Counted from the first letter of the stretch, positions 37,993 through 57,333 are shown. The stretch is DNA of 64,000 nt from the human T2T-CHM13v2.0 reference genome, Homo sapiens (GCF_009914755.1 NC_060948.1); one strand, 5' to 3'. The notes: a model not told the origin generated them from the letters alone. Numbers and translations are program-made.

Positions 37993-40117
37993 AGATCCAT
38001 ATTTTTTAAATGAAAAAAAATTTCAAAGGTACTCTGCTTGGTACAATAATCAAATGTATAAACTGAGGAATAAAACATAACCATGAAACCTACTTATAAC
38101 TGCATATGGAAAATACAGAGGATAATTTTTTAAATAACATATTTTGAAAGCCTTAACTAGTAATTTGAAGAGTTGGCATTTGAAAGGCCAGTATGAATAT
38201 ACCTTCAAAGCAGCAACACAGGTTCCCCATGAGAAAAAGCAAACACAGGGAAAATAAAACCACAAAGGTTCAATCTCTTCTGACCTTTGAAAGACACAGC
38301 ACAGACAGTGGTCCTTAGGACGAAGAGCAGGAGACCCCTAATTCCGTCACCATGGCGATAGGGCATAAACATTGCTGGGTGAGGGCACAATCCACATTGT
38401 GAGGTCCAACTGCTGCCAGGAAGACAGGAGTGCTTTTACATAGACCGAAAGGTCATTGAAGGCTCAGAGTTTTGTTTCAAGAACTGAATCCCAAGCCCAC
38501 ACGTTATTAGGCTGCGCTTCTTAAAACAAGTTATGAGATGGGAAAAAGGGCACCCACAAACATACGTATACATTATGTATATAATAATATACAGTATCAT
38601 ATATATAATATATATAACCTATGTATAATATTGTTTTACATCCTGCATCTTATATTATATATATTGTATAAAATATAATAATTGATAATATATAAGTTTT
38701 ATATTTATACAATATGACATATAGTATATATTATAATTTATGACATATATAATGTATGTTATATATCATATATAGAATATCTTATACGCTTAATATACGT
38801 ATTAAATATAAATTATACATTATGTATATTATATATAATATATCTGCTATATAGAATACCCATTATGCATAATATATATATTATGTCTATGTTATATATA
38901 GTATAAAACAACATATAATAATATATAATTGTATATATGAAATGCGGCATATAATATATATTATATTTTATGACATGTAATATATATTATATATTATATA
39001 TAATACGTTGTATGTATAATACCTATATTAAATATATATTATATGACTATGTTATTAATTACATGACACATATGTTATATATTATATATTTTACATAGAA
39101 TGTACCGGTTACATACAATATATACTATGTTACCTATAATGTATAATTTATTACATGTAAAATAAAGAATGCAATATATTATGTATAATTTATAATATAC
39201 AATATGTGGAATGTGATATATATAACATATAATATATGATATATGATATACAGTATATGATATATAACATACAATATATGATACCTAACATATATGGTAT
39301 ACAATATATATTTTATGATATGTATTCCCTATGTTTCATATTCTGTTATATATAACTATTTGAAATTATATATAACTGTATAATATTTATGTAAATATGT
39401 AATATAATATATACAACTATATAATATATTATATATAACTATATATTATGTTATATATACTTTTATAACATAATTTACATAAAATATCATAATATAGTAT
39501 ATATTATATTATTTCATATTACATAATATATATTACATATCACCCAATATAAGTAACATATATAATATTATAATATAGATTATATTATGTTATATTAAAT
39601 GTCATATATATCATGTACCATATATTCTATAATATATATTATACATTATATAATATGTATGTGGTCTATTATATGATATATATAACTATATATATAAATA
39701 TATTATTATACATATAACTAGATAAACATGAAATTCTACATATTTTCATTTATAATATAGAGAATTATATAATCATATATAATTATTTATATTCTATAAA
39801 AAATTATATCATTATATAAATTATAATATATAAAAATTATAATATGTACTACAAATATATATATTATATATCATATATGATATAGTACCTTTGTTATATA
39901 TCATAATACATATAAATGTGTATTATGTTATCTATAATTATATAATTTCATATATAAGATGTATAATATGTATTATATATTATATATGTTATGTAATATA
40001 TATAGTATATATAAGATGACACAGGATAAATATTATATACTATGACATATAAAATATATGAGGTTATAAGTTACATATAAGGCATAGCACATAACATGTA
40101 ATATATATCATCTATAA

Positions 40118-40408
40118 TTTTTTTTAGACAGAGTCTTGTCCTGTTGCACAGGGTGGAGTACAATGGCGCCATCTTTGCTCACTGAAACATCTGCCTCACG
40201 GGTCCAAGCGATTGTCCTCCCTCAGCCTCCCAGGTAGCTGGGACTACACCACACTGGGACTACACCAGCTGCCACCACGCCTAGCTAATTTTTTGGATTT
40301 TTAGTAGTGACAGCCTTTCACTGTATTGGCCAGGATGGTCTTGATCTCTTCACCTTGTGATCCCCTTGCCTTGGCCTCCAAATTTGCTGGGATTACAGGC
40401 CTGAGCCA
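40118..40408 (-). mobile_element. Alu remnant, unit 17
   Basis: Same Alu motifs; T8 tail. Confidence 0.95.
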
Positions 40409-42536
40409 AGATCCATATTTTTTAAATGAAAAAAAATTTCAAAGGTACTCTGCTTGGTACAATAATCAAATGTATAAACTGAGGAATAAAACATAACCAT
40501 GAAACCTACTTATAACTGCATATGGAAAATACAGAGGATAATTTTTTAAATAACATATTTTGAAAGCCTTAACTAGTAATTTGAAGAGTTGGCATTTGAA
40601 AGGCCAGTATGAATATACCTTCAAAGCAGCAACACAGGTTCCCCATGAGAAAAAGCAAACACAGGGAAAATAAAAACACAAAGGTTCAATCTCTTCTGAC
40701 CTTTGAAAGACACAGCACAGACAGTGGTCCTTAGGACGAAGAGCAGGAGACCCCTAATTCCGTCACCATGGCGATAGGGCATAAACATTGCTGGGTGAGG
40801 GCACAATCCACATTGTGAGGTCCAACTGCTGCCAGGAAGACAGGAGTGCTTTTACATAGACCGAAAGGTCATTGAAGGCTCAGAGTTTTGTTTCAAGAAC
40901 TGAATCCCAAGCCCACACGTTATTAGGCTGCGCTTCTTAAAACAAGTTATGAGATGGGAAAAAGGGCACCCACAAACATACGTATACATTATGTATATAA
41001 TAATATACAGTATCATATATATAATATATATAACCTATGTATAATATTGTTTTACATCCTGCATCTTATATTATATATATTGTATAAAATATAATAATTG
41101 ATAATATATAAGTTTTATAATTATACAATATGACATATAGTATATATTATAATTTATGACACATATTATGTATGTTATATATCATATATAGAATATATTA
41201 TACGGTTAATATACGTATTAAATATGAATTATACATTATATATATTATATATAATATATCTGTTATATATAATACCCATTATGCATAATATATATATTAT
41301 GTCTATGTTATATATAGTATAAAACAACATATAATAATATATAATTGTATATATGAAATGTGACATATAATATATATTATATTTTATGACATATGTAGTA
41401 TATATTATATATTATATATAATACGTTGTATGTATAATACCTATATTAAATATATATTATATGACTATGTTATTAATTACATGTCACATATGTTATATAT
41501 TATATATTTTACATAGAATGTACCGGTTACATACAATATATACTATGTTACCTATAATGTATAATTGATTACATGTAAAATAAAGAATGCAATATATTAT
41601 GTATAATTTATAATATACAATATGTGGAATGTGATATATATAACATATAATATATGTTATATGATATACAGTACATGATATATAACATACAATATATGAT
41701 ACCTAATATATATGGAATACAATATATATTTTATGATATGTATTCTATATGTTTTATATTCTGTTATATATAACTATTTGAAATTATATATAACTGTATA
41801 ATATTTTATGTAAATATGTAATATAATATATACAACTATATAATATATTATATATAACTATATATTATGTTATATATACTTTTATAACATAATTTACATA
41901 AAATATCATAATACAATATATATTGTATTATTTCACATTACGTAATATATATTACATATCACCCAATATAAGTAACATACATAATATAATAATATAGATT
42001 ATATTATGTTATACTAAATCTCATATATATAATGTATCATATATTCTATAATATATATTATACATTATATAATATGTATGTTGTCTGTTATGTGATATAT
42101 ATAACTATATATATAATTATATTATTATACATATAACTAGATAAACATGTAATTCTACATATTTTCATTTATAATATATAGAATTATATAATCATATATA
42201 ATTATTTATATTCTATAAAAAATTATATCATTATATAAATTGTAATATATAAAAATTATAATATGTACTACAAATATATATATTATATATCATATATGAT
42301 ATAGTACCTTTGTTATATATCGTAATACATATAAATGTGTATTATGTTATCTATAATTATATAATGTCATATATAAGATATATAATATGTATTATATATT
42401 ATATATGTTATGTAATATATATAGTATATATAAGCTGACACAGGATAAATATTATATACTATGACATATAAAATATATGAGGTTATAAGTTACATATAAG
42501 GCATAGCACATAACATGTAATATATATCATCTATAA

Positions 42537-42828
42537 TTTTTTTTTAGACAGTGTCTTGTCCTGTTGCACAGGGTGGAGTACAATGGCGCCATCTTTGCTC
42601 ACTGAAACATCTGCCTCACGGGTCCAAGCGATTGTCCTCCCTCAGCCTCCCAGGTAGCTGGGACTACACCACACTGGGACTACACCAGCTGCCACCATGC
42701 CTAGCTAATTTTTTGGATTTTTAGTAGTGACAGCGTTTCACTGTATTTGCCAGGATGGTCTTGATCTCTTCACCTTGTGATCCCCTTGCCTTGGCCTCCA
42801 AATTTGCTGGGATTACAGGCCTGAGCCA
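42537..42828 (-). mobile_element. Alu remnant, unit 18
   Basis: Same Alu motifs as unit 1. Confidence 0.95.
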
Positions 42829-44955
42829 AGATCCATATTTTTTAAATGAAAAAAAATTTCAAAGTACTCTGCTTGGTACAATAATCAAATGTATAAACTG
42901 AGGAATAAAACATAACCATGAAACCTACTTATAACTGCATATGGAAAATACAGAGGATAATTTTTTAAATAACATATTTTGAAAGCCTTAACTAGTAATT
43001 TGAAGAGTTGGCATTTGAAAGGCCAGTATGAATATACCTTCAAAGCAGCAACACAGGTTCCCCATGAGAAAAAGCAAACTCAGGGAAAATAAAACCACAA
43101 AGGTTCAATCTCTTCTGACCTTTGAAAGACACAGCACAGACAGTGGTCCTTAGGACGAAGAGCAGGAGACACCTAATTCCGTCACCATGGCGATAGGGCA
43201 TAAACATTGCTGGGTGAGGGCACAATCCACATTGTGAGGTCCAACTGCTGCCAGGAAGACAAGAGTGCTTTTACATAGACCGAAAGGTCATTGAAGGCTC
43301 AGAGTTTTGTTTCAAGAACTGAATCCCAAGCCCACACGTTATTAGGCTGCGCTTCTTAAAACAAGTTATGAGATGGGAAAAAGGGCACCCACAAACATAC
43401 GTATACATTATGTATATAATAGTATACAGTATCATATATATAATATATATAACCTATGTATAATATTGTTTTACATCCTGCATCTTATATTATATATATT
43501 GTATAAAATATAATAATTGATAATATATAAGTTTTATATTTATACAATATGACATATAGTATATATTATAATTTATGACATATATTATGCATGTTATATA
43601 TCATATATAGAATATATTATACGGTTAATATACCTTTTAAATATAAATTATACATTATATATATAATATATAATATATCTGTTATAAATAATACCCATTA
43701 TGCATAATATATATATTATGTCTATGTTATATATAGTATAAAACAACATATAATAATATATAATTGTATATATAAAATGCGACATATAATATATATTATA
43801 TTTTATGACATATGTAATATATATTTTATATTATATATAATACGTTGTATGTATAATACCTATATTAAATATATATTATATGACTATGTTATTAATTACA
43901 TGTCACATGTGTTATATATTATTTATTTTACACAGAATATACCGGTTACATACAATATATACTATGTTACCTACAATGTATAATTTATTACATGTAAAAT
44001 AAAGAATGCAATATATTATGTATAATTTATAATATACAATCTGTGGAATGTGATATATATAACATATAATATATGATATATGATATACAGTATACGATAT
44101 ATAACATACAATATATGATACCTAATATATATGGTATACAATATATATTTTATGATATGTATTCTATATGTTTTATATTCTGTTATATATAACTATTTGA
44201 AATTATATATAACTGTATAATATTTTATGTAAATATGTATTATAATATACATAAGTATATAATATTTTATATATAACTATATATTATGTTATATATACTT
44301 TTATAACATAATTTACATAAAATATCGTAATATAATATATATTATATTATTTCATATTACATAATATATATTACATATCACCCAATATAAGTAACATACG
44401 TAATAGTATAATATAGATTATATTATGTTATATTAAATATCATATATATCATGTATCATATATTTTATAATATATATTATACATTATATAATATGTATGT
44501 TGTCTATAATGTGATATATATAACTATATATATAATTATATTATTATACATATAACTAGATAAACATGTAATTCTACATATTTTCATTTATAATATAGAG
44601 AATTATATAATCATATATAATTATTTATATTCTATAAAAAATTATATCATTATATAAATTATAATATATAAAAATTATAATATGTACTACAAATATATAT
44701 TTTATATATCATATATGATATAGTACCTTTGTTATATATCATAATACATATAAATGTGTATTATGTTATCTTTAATTATATAATTTCATATATAAGATGT
44801 ATAATATGTATTATATATTATATATGTTATGTAATATATATAGTATATATAAGATGACACAGGATAAATATTATATACTATGACATATAAAATATATGAG
44901 GTTATAAGTTACATATAAGGCATAGCACATAACATGTAATATATATCACCTATAA

Positions 44956-45247
44956 TTTTTTTTTAGACAGAGTCTTGTCCTGTTGCACAGGGTGGAGTAC
45001 AATGGCGCCATCTTTGCTCACTGAAACATCTGCCTCACGGGTCCAAGCGATTGTCCTCCCTCAGCCTCCCAGGTAGCTGGGACTACACCACACTGGGACT
45101 ACACCAGCTGCCACCACGCCTAGCTAATTTTTTGGATTTTTAGTAGTGACAGCCTTTCACTGTATTGGCCAGGATGGTCTTGATCTCTTCACCTTGTGAT
45201 CCCCTTGCCTTGGCCTCCAAATTTGCTGGGATTACAGGCCTGAGCCA
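44956..45247 (-). mobile_element. Alu remnant, unit 19
   Basis: Same Alu motifs; variants as in unit 17. Confidence 0.95.
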
Positions 45248-47372
45248 AGATCCATATTTTGTAAATGAAAAAAAATTTCAAAGGTACTCTGCTTGGTACA
45301 ATAATCAAATGTATAAACTGAGGAATAAAACATAACCATGAAACCTACTTATAACTGCATATGGAAAATACAGAGGATAATTTTTTAAATAACATATTTT
45401 GAAAGCCTTAACTAGTAATTTGAAGAGTTGGCATTTGAAAGGCCAGTATGAATATACCTTCAAAGCAGCAACACAGGTTCCCCATGAGAAAAAGCAAACA
45501 CAGGGAAAATAAAACCACAAAGGTTCAATCTCTTCTGACCTTTGAAAGACACAGCACAGACAGTGGTCCTTAGGACGAAGAGCAGGAGACCCCTAATTCC
45601 GTCACCATGGCGATAGGGCATAAACATTGCTGGGTGAGGGCACAATCCACATTGTGAGGTCCAACTGCTGCCAGGAAGACAGGAGTGCTTTTACATAGAC
45701 CGAAAGGTCATTGAAGGCTCAGAGTTTTGTTTCAAGAACTGAATCCCAAGCCCACACGTTATTAGGCTGCGCTTCTTAAAACAAGTTATGAGATGGGAAA
45801 AAGGGCACCCACAAACATACGTATACATTATGTATATAATAATATACAGTATCATATATATAATATATATAACCTATGTATAATATTGTTTTACATCCTG
45901 CATCTTATATTATATATATTGTATAAAATATAATAATTGATAATATATAAGTTTTATATTTATACAATATGACATATAGTATATATTATAATTTATGACA
46001 CATATTATGTATGTTATATATCATATATAGAATATATTATACGGTTAATATACGTATTAAATATGAATTATACATTATATATATTATATATAATATATCT
46101 GTTATATATAATACCCATTATGGATAATATATATATTATGTCTATGTTATATATAGTATAAAACAACATATAATAATATATAATTGTATATATGAAATGT
46201 GACATATAATATATATTATATTTTATGACATATGTAGTATATATTATATATTATATATAATACGTTGTATGTATAATACCTATATTAAATATATATTATA
46301 TGACTATGTTATTAATTACATGTCACATATGTTATATATTATATATTTTACATAGAATGTACCGGTTACATACAATATATACTATGTTACCTATAATGTA
46401 TAATTGATTACATGTAAAATAAAGAATGCAATATATTATGTATAATTTATAATATACAATATGTGGAATGTCATATATATAACATATAATATATGATATA
46501 TGATATACAGTATATGATATATAACATACAATATATGATACCTAATATATATGGTATACAATATATATTTTATGATATGTATTCTATATGTTTTATATTC
46601 TGTTATATATAACTATTTGAAATTACATATAACTGTATAATATTTTATGTAAATATGTAATATAATATATATAACTATATAATATATTATATATAACTAT
46701 ATATTATGTTATATATACTTTTATAACATAATTTACATAATATATCATAATATAATGTATATTATATTATTTCATATTACATAATATATATTACATATCA
46801 CCCAATATAAGTAACATACATAATATTATAATATAGATTATTTTATGCTATATTAAATATCATATATATCATGTATCATATATTCTATAATATACATTAT
46901 ACATTATATAATATGTATGTCTAATATGTGATATATATAACTATATATATAATTATATTATTATACATATAACTAGATAAACATGTAATTCTACATATTT
47001 TCATTTATAATATATAGAATTATATAATCATATATAATTTTTTATAGTCTATAAAAAATTATATCATTATATAAATTATAATATATAAAAATTATAATAT
47101 GTACTACAAATATATATATTATATATCATATATGATATAGTACCTTTGTTATATATCATAATACATATAAATGTGTATTATGTTATCTATAATTATATAA
47201 TTTCATATATAAGATGTGTAATATGTATCATATATTATATATGTTATGTAATATATATAGTATATATAAGCTGACACAGGATAAATATTATATACTATGA
47301 CATATAAAATATATGAGGTTATATGTTACATATAAGGCATAGCACATAACATGTAATATATATCATATATAA

Positions 47373-47664
<292 letters not shown>

Positions 47665-49765
47665 AGATCCATATTTTTTAAATGAAAAAAAATTTCAAAG
47701 GTACTCTGCTTGGTACAATAATCAAATGTATAAACTGAGGAATAAAACATAACCATGAAACCTACTTATAACTGCATATGGAAAATACAGAGGATAATTT
47801 TTTAAATAACATATTTTGAAAGCCTTAACTAGTAATTTGAAGAGTTGGCATTTGAAAGGCCAGTATGAATATACCTTCAAAGCAGCAACACAGGTTCCCC
47901 ATGAGAAAAAGCAAACTCAGGGAAAATAAAACCACAAAGGTTCAATCTCTTCTGACCTTTGAAAGACACAGCACAGACAGTGGTCCTTAGGACGAAGAGC
48001 AGGAGACCCCTAATTCCGTCACCATGGCGATAGGGCATAAACATTGCTGGGTAAGAGCACAATCCACATTGTGAGGTCCAACTGCTGCCAGAAAGAGAGG
48101 AGTGCTTTTACATAGACCGAAAGGTCATTGAACGCTCAGAGTTTTGTTTCAAGAACTGAATCCCAAGCCCACACGTTATTATGCTGCGCTTCTTAAAACA
48201 AGTTATGAGATGGGAAAAAGGGCACCCACAAACATACGTATACATTATGTATATAATAATATACAGTATCATATATATAATATATATAACCTATGTATAA
48301 TATTGTTTTACATCTTGCATCTTATGTTATATATATTGTATAAAATATAATAATTGATAATATATGTTTTATATTTATACAATATGACATATAGTATATA
48401 TTATAATTTATGACATATATAATATATGTTTTATATCATATATAGAATATATTATACGGTTAATATACGTATTAAATATAAATTATACATTATATATATT
48501 ATATATAATATATCTGTTATATATAATACCCATTATGCATAATATATATATTATGTCTATGTTATATATAGTATAAAACAACATATAATAATATATAGTT
48601 GTATATATAAAATGCGACATATAATATATATTATATTTTATGACATATGTAATATATATTATATATTATATATAATACGTTGTATGTATAATACCTATAT
48701 TAAATATATATTATATGACTATGTTATTAATTACATATCACATATGTTATATATTATATATTTTACATAGAATATACGGGTTACATACAATATATACAAT
48801 GTTACATATAATGTATAATTTATTACATGTAAAATAAAGAATGCAATATATTATGTATAATTTATAATATACAATATGTGGAATGTGATATATATAACAT
48901 ATAATATATGATATATGATATACAGTATATGATATATAACATACAATATATGATACCTAATATATATGGTATAAAATATATATTTTATGATAGGTATTCT
49001 ATATGTTATATATTCTGTTATATATAACTATTTGAAATTATATATAACTGTATAATATTTTATGTAAATATGTAATATAATATATATAACTATATAATAT
49101 ATTATATATAACTATATATTATGTTATATATACTTTTATAACATAATTACATAAAATATCATCATATAATATATATTATATTATTTCATATTACATAATA
49201 TATATTACATATCACCCAATATAAGTAACATACATAATATTATACTATAGATTATATTATGTTATATTAAATATCATATATATCATGTATCATATATTCT
49301 ATAATATATATTATACATTATATAATAAGTATGTTGTCTATTATGTGATATATATAACTATATATATAATTATATTATTATACATATAACTAGATAAACG
49401 TGTAATTCTACATATTTTCATTTATAATATATAGAATTATATAATCATATATAATTATTTATATTCTATAAAAAATTATATCTTTATATAAATTATAATA
49501 TATAAAAATTATAATATGTACTACAAATATATATATTATATATCATATATGATATAGTACTTTGTTTTATATCATAATACATATAAATGTGTATTATGTT
49601 ATCTATAATTATATAATTTCATATATAAGATGTATAATATGTATTATTTATTATATATGTTATGTAATATATATAGTATATATAAGCTGACACAGGATAA
49701 ATATTATATACTATGACATATAAAATATATGAGGTTATATGTTACATATAAGGCATAGCACGTAA

Positions 49766-50080
<315 letters not shown>

Positions 50081-52208
50081 AGATCCATATTTTTTAAATG
50101 AAAAAAAATTTCAAAGGTACTCTGCTTGGTACAATAATCAAATGTATAAACTGAGGAATAAAACATAACCATGAAACCTACTTATAACTGCATATGGAAA
50201 ATACAGAGGATAATTTTTTAAATAACATATTTTGAAAGCCTTAACTAGTAATTTGAAGAGTTGGCATTTGAAAGGCCAGTATGAATATACCTTCAAAGCA
50301 GCAACACAGGTTCCCCATGAGAAAAAGCAAACTCAGGGAAAATAAAACCATAAAGGTTCAATCTCTTCTGACCTTTGAAAGACACAGCACAGACAGTGGT
50401 CCTTAGGACGAAGAGCAGGAGACCCCTAATTCCGTCACCATGGCGATAGGGCATAAACATTGCTGGGTGAGGGCACAATCCACATTGTGAGGTCCAACTG
50501 CTGCCAGGAAGACAGGAGTGCTTTTACATAGACCGAAAGGTCATTGAAGGCTCAGAGTTTTGTTTCAAGAACTGAATCCCAAGCCCACACGTTATTAGGC
50601 TGCGCTTCTTAAAACAAGTTATGAGATGGGAAAAAGGGCACCCACAAACATACGTATACATTATGTATATAATAATATACAGTATCATATATATAATATA
50701 TATAACCTATGTATAATATTGTTTTACATCCTGCATCTTATATTATATATATTGTATAAAATATAATAATTGATAATATATAAGTTTTATATTTATACAA
50801 TATGACATATAGTACATATTATAATTTATGACATATATAATGTATGTTATATATCATATATAGAATATATTATACGCTTAATATACGTATTACATATAAA
50901 TTATACATTATATATATTATATATAATATATCTGTTATATATAATACCCATTATGCATAATATATATATTATGTCTATGTTATATATAGTATAAAACAAC
51001 ATATCATAATATATACTTGTATATATAAAATGCGACATATAATATATATTATATTTTATGACATATGTAATATATATTATATATTATATATAATACATTG
51101 TATGTATAATACCTATATTAAATATATATTATATGACTATGTTATTAATTACATGTCACATAAGTTATATATTATATATTTTACATAGAATGTACCGGTT
51201 ACATACAATATATACTATGTTACCTATAATGTATAATTTATTACATGTAAAATAAAGAATGCAATATATTATGTATAATTTATAATATACAATATGTGGA
51301 ATGTGATATATATAACATATAATATATGTTATATGATATACAGTATATGATATATAACATACAATATATGATACCTAACATATATGGTATACAATATATA
51401 TTTTATGATATGTATTCCCTATGTTTTATATTCTGTTATATATAACTATTTGAAATTATATATAACTGTATAATATTTTATGTAAATATGTAATATAATA
51501 TATATAACTATATAATATATTATATATAACTATATATTATGTTATATATACTTTTATAACATAATTTACATAAAATATCATAATATAATATATATTATAT
51601 TATTTCATATTACGTAATATATATTACATATCACCCAATATAAGTAACATACATAATATTATAATATAGATTATATTATGTTATATTAAATCTCATATAT
51701 ATCATGTATCATATATTCTATAATATATATTATACATTATATAATATGTATGTTGTCTATTATATGATATATATAACTATATATATAATTATATTATTAT
51801 ACATATAACTAGATAAACATGTAATTCTACATATTTTCATTTATAATATGTAGAATTATATAATCATATATAATTATTTATATTCTATAAAAAGTTATAT
51901 CATTATATAAATTATAATATATAAAAATTATAATATGTACTACAAATATATATGTTATATATCATATATGATATAGTACCTTTTTTATATATCATAATAC
52001 ATATAAATGTGTTTTATGTTATCTATAATTATATAATTTCATATATAAGATGTATAATATGTATTATATATTATATATGTTATGTAATATATATAGTATA
52101 TATAAGATGACAGAGGATAAATATTATATACTATGACATATAAAATATATGAGGTTATATGTTACACATAAGGCATAGCACATAACATGTAATATATATC
52201 ATCTATAA

Positions 52209-52500
<292 letters not shown>

Positions 52501-54625
52501 AGATCCATATTTTTTAAATGAAAAAAAATTTCAAAGGTACTCTGCTTGGTACAATAATCAAATGTATAAACTGAGGAATAAAACATAACCATGAAACCTA
52601 CTTATAACTGCATATGGAAAATACAGAGGATAATTTTTTAAATAACATATTTTGAAAGCCTTAACTAGTAATTTGAAGAGTTGGCATTTGAAAGGCCAGT
52701 ATGAATATACCTTCAAAGCAGCAACACAGGTTCCCCATGAGAAAAAGCAAACACAGGGAAAATAAAACCACAAAGGTTCAATCTCTTCTGACCTTTGAAA
52801 GACACAGCACAGACAGTGGTCCTTAGGACGAAGAGCAGGAGACCCCTAATTCCGTCACCATGGCGATAGGGCATAAACATTGCTGGGTGAGGGCACAATC
52901 CACATTGTGAGGTCCAACTGCTGCCAGGAAGACAGGAGTGCTTTTACATAGACCGAAAGGTCATTGAAGGCTCAGAGTTTTGTTTCAAGAACTGAATCCC
53001 AAGCCCACACGTTATTAGGCTGCGCTTCTTAAAACAAGTTATGAGATGGGAAAAAGGGCACCCACAAACATACGTATACATTATGTATATAATAATATAC
53101 AGTATCATATATATAATATATATAACCTATGTATAATATTGTTTTACATCCTGCATCTTATATTATATATATTGTATAAAATATAATAATTGATAATATA
53201 TAAGTTTTATATTTATACAATATGACATATAGTATATATTATAATTTATGACACATATTATGTATGTTATATATCATATATAGAATATATTATACGGTTA
53301 ATATACGTATTAAATATGAATTATACATTATATATATTATATATAATATATCTGTTATATATAATACCCATTATGGATAATATATATATTATGTCTATGT
53401 TATATATAGTATAAAACAACATATAATAATATATAATTGTATATATGAAATGTGACATATAATATATATTATATTTTATGACATATGTAGTATATATTAT
53501 ATATTATATATAATACGTTGTATGTATAATACCTATATTAAATATATATTATATGACTATGTTATTAATTACATGTCACATATGTTATATATTATATATT
53601 TTACATAGAATGTACCGGTTACATACAATATATACTATGTTACCTATAATGTATAATTGATTACATGTAAAATAAAGAATGCAATATATTATGTATAATT
53701 TATAATATACAATATGTGGAATGTCATATATATAACATATAATATATGATATATGATATACAGTATATGATATATAACATACAATATATGATACCTAATA
53801 TATATGGTATACAATATATATTTTATGATATGTATTCTATATGTTTTATATTCTGTTATATATAACTATTTGAAATTACATATAACTGTATAATATTTTA
53901 TGTAAATATGTAATATAATATATATAACTATATAATATATTATATATAACTATATATTATGTTATATATACTTTTATAACATAATTTACATAATATATCA
54001 TAATATAATGTATATTATATTATTTCATATTACATAATATATATTACATATCACCCAATATAAGTAACATACATAATATTATAATATAGATTATTTTATG
54101 CTATATTAAATATCATATATATCATGTATCATATATTCTATAATATACATTATACATTATATAATATGTATGTCTAATATGTGATATATATAACTATATA
54201 TATAATTATATTATTATACATATAACTAGATAAACATGTAATTCTACATATTTTCATTTATAATATATAGAATTATATAATCATATATAATTTTTTATAG
54301 TCTATAAAAAATTATATCATTATATAAATTATAATATATAAAAATTATAATATGTACTACAAATATATATATTATATATCATATATGATATAGTACCTTT
54401 GTTATATATCATAATACATATAAATGTGTATTATGTTATCTATAATTATATAATTTCATATATAAGATGTGTAATATGTATCATATATTATATATGTTAT
54501 GTAATATATATAGTATATATAAGCTGACACAGGATAAATATTATATACTATGACATATAAAATATATGAGGTTATATGTTACATATAAGGCATAGCACAT
54601 AACATGTAATATATATCATATATAA

Positions 54626-54917
<292 letters not shown>

Positions 54918-57018
54918 AGATCCATATTTTTTAAATGAAAAAAAATTTCAAAGGTACTCTGCTTGGTACAATAATCAAATGTATAAACTGAGGAATAAAA
55001 CATAACCATGAAACCTACTTATAACTGCATATGGAAAATACAGAGGATAATTTTTTAAATAACATATTTTGAAAGCCTTAACTAGTAATTTGAAGAGTTG
55101 GCATTTGAAAGGCCAGTATGAATATACCTTCAAAGCAGCAACACAGGTTCCCCATGAGAAAAAGCAAACTCAGGGAAAATAAAACCACAAAGGTTCAATC
55201 TCTTCTGACCTTTGAAAGACACAGCACAGACAGTGGTCCTTAGGACGAAGAGCAGGAGACCCCTAATTCCGTCACCATGGCGATAGGGCATAAACATTGC
55301 TGGGTAAGAGCACAATCCACATTGTGAGGTCCAACTGCTGCCAGAAAGAGAGGAGTGCTTTTACATAGACCGAAAGGTCATTGAACGCTCAGAGTTTTGT
55401 TTCAAGAACTGAATCCCAAGCCCACACGTTATTATGCTGCGCTTCTTAAAACAAGTTATGAGATGGGAAAAAGGGCACCCACAAACATACGTATACATTA
55501 TGTATATAATAATATACAGTATCATATATATAATATATATAACCTATGTATAATATTGTTTTACATCTTGCATCTTATGTTATATATATTGTATAAAATA
55601 TAATAATTGATAATATATGTTTTATATTTATACAATATGACATATAGTATATATTATAATTTATGACATATATAATATATGTTTTATATCATATATAGAA
55701 TATATTATACGGTTAATATACGTATTAAATATAAATTATACATTATATATATTATATATAATATATCTGTTATATATAATACCCATTATGCATAATATAT
55801 ATATTATGTCTATGTTATATATAGTATAAAACAACATATAATAATATATAGTTGTATATATAAAATGCGACATATAATATATATTATATTTTATGACATA
55901 TGTAATATATATTATATATTATATATAATACGTTGTATGTATAATACCTATATTAAATATATATTATATGACTATGTTATTAATTACATATCACATATGT
56001 TATATATTATATATTTTACATAGAATATACGGGTTACATACAATATATACAATGTTACATATAATGTATAATTTATTACATGTAAAATAAAGAATGCAAT
56101 ATATTATGTATAATTTATAATATACAATATGTGGAATGTGATATATATAACATATAATATATGATATATGATATACAGTATATGATATATAACATACAAT
56201 ATATGATACCTAATATATATGGTATAAAATATATATTTTATGATAGGTATTCTATATGTTATATATTCTGTTATATATAACTATTTGAAATTATATATAA
56301 CTGTATAATATTTTATGTAAATATGTAATATAATATATATAACTATATAATATATTATATATAACTATATATTATGTTATATATACTTTTATAACATAAT
56401 TACATAAAATATCATCATATAATATATATTATATTATTTCATATTACATAATATATATTACATATCACCCAATATAAGTAACATACATAATATTATACTA
56501 TAGATTATATTATGTTATATTAAATATCATATATATCATGTATCATATATTCTATAATATATATTATACATTATATAATAAGTATGTTGTCTATTATGTG
56601 ATATATATAACTATATATATAATTATATTATTATACATATAACTAGATAAACGTGTAATTCTACATATTTTCATTTATAATATATAGAATTATATAATCA
56701 TATATAATTATTTATATTCTATAAAAAATTATATCTTTATATAAATTATAATATATAAAAATTATAATATGTACTACAAATATATATATTATATATCATA
56801 TATGATATAGTACTTTGTTTTATATCATAATACATATAAATGTGTATTATGTTATCTATAATTATATAATTTCATATATAAGATGTATAATATGTATTAT
56901 TTATTATATATGTTATGTAATATATATAGTATATATAAGCTGACACAGGATAAATATTATATACTATGACATATAAAATATATGAGGTTATATGTTACAT
57001 ATAAGGCATAGCACGTAA

Positions 57019-57333
<315 letters not shown>

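Noticed and set aside
38050-38265. 71 aa minus-strand ORF (MWFYFPCV...) in five units
   Set aside because: It is created by a single AAACTC to AAACAC change that removes a TGA. It is a haplotype marker, not a gene.
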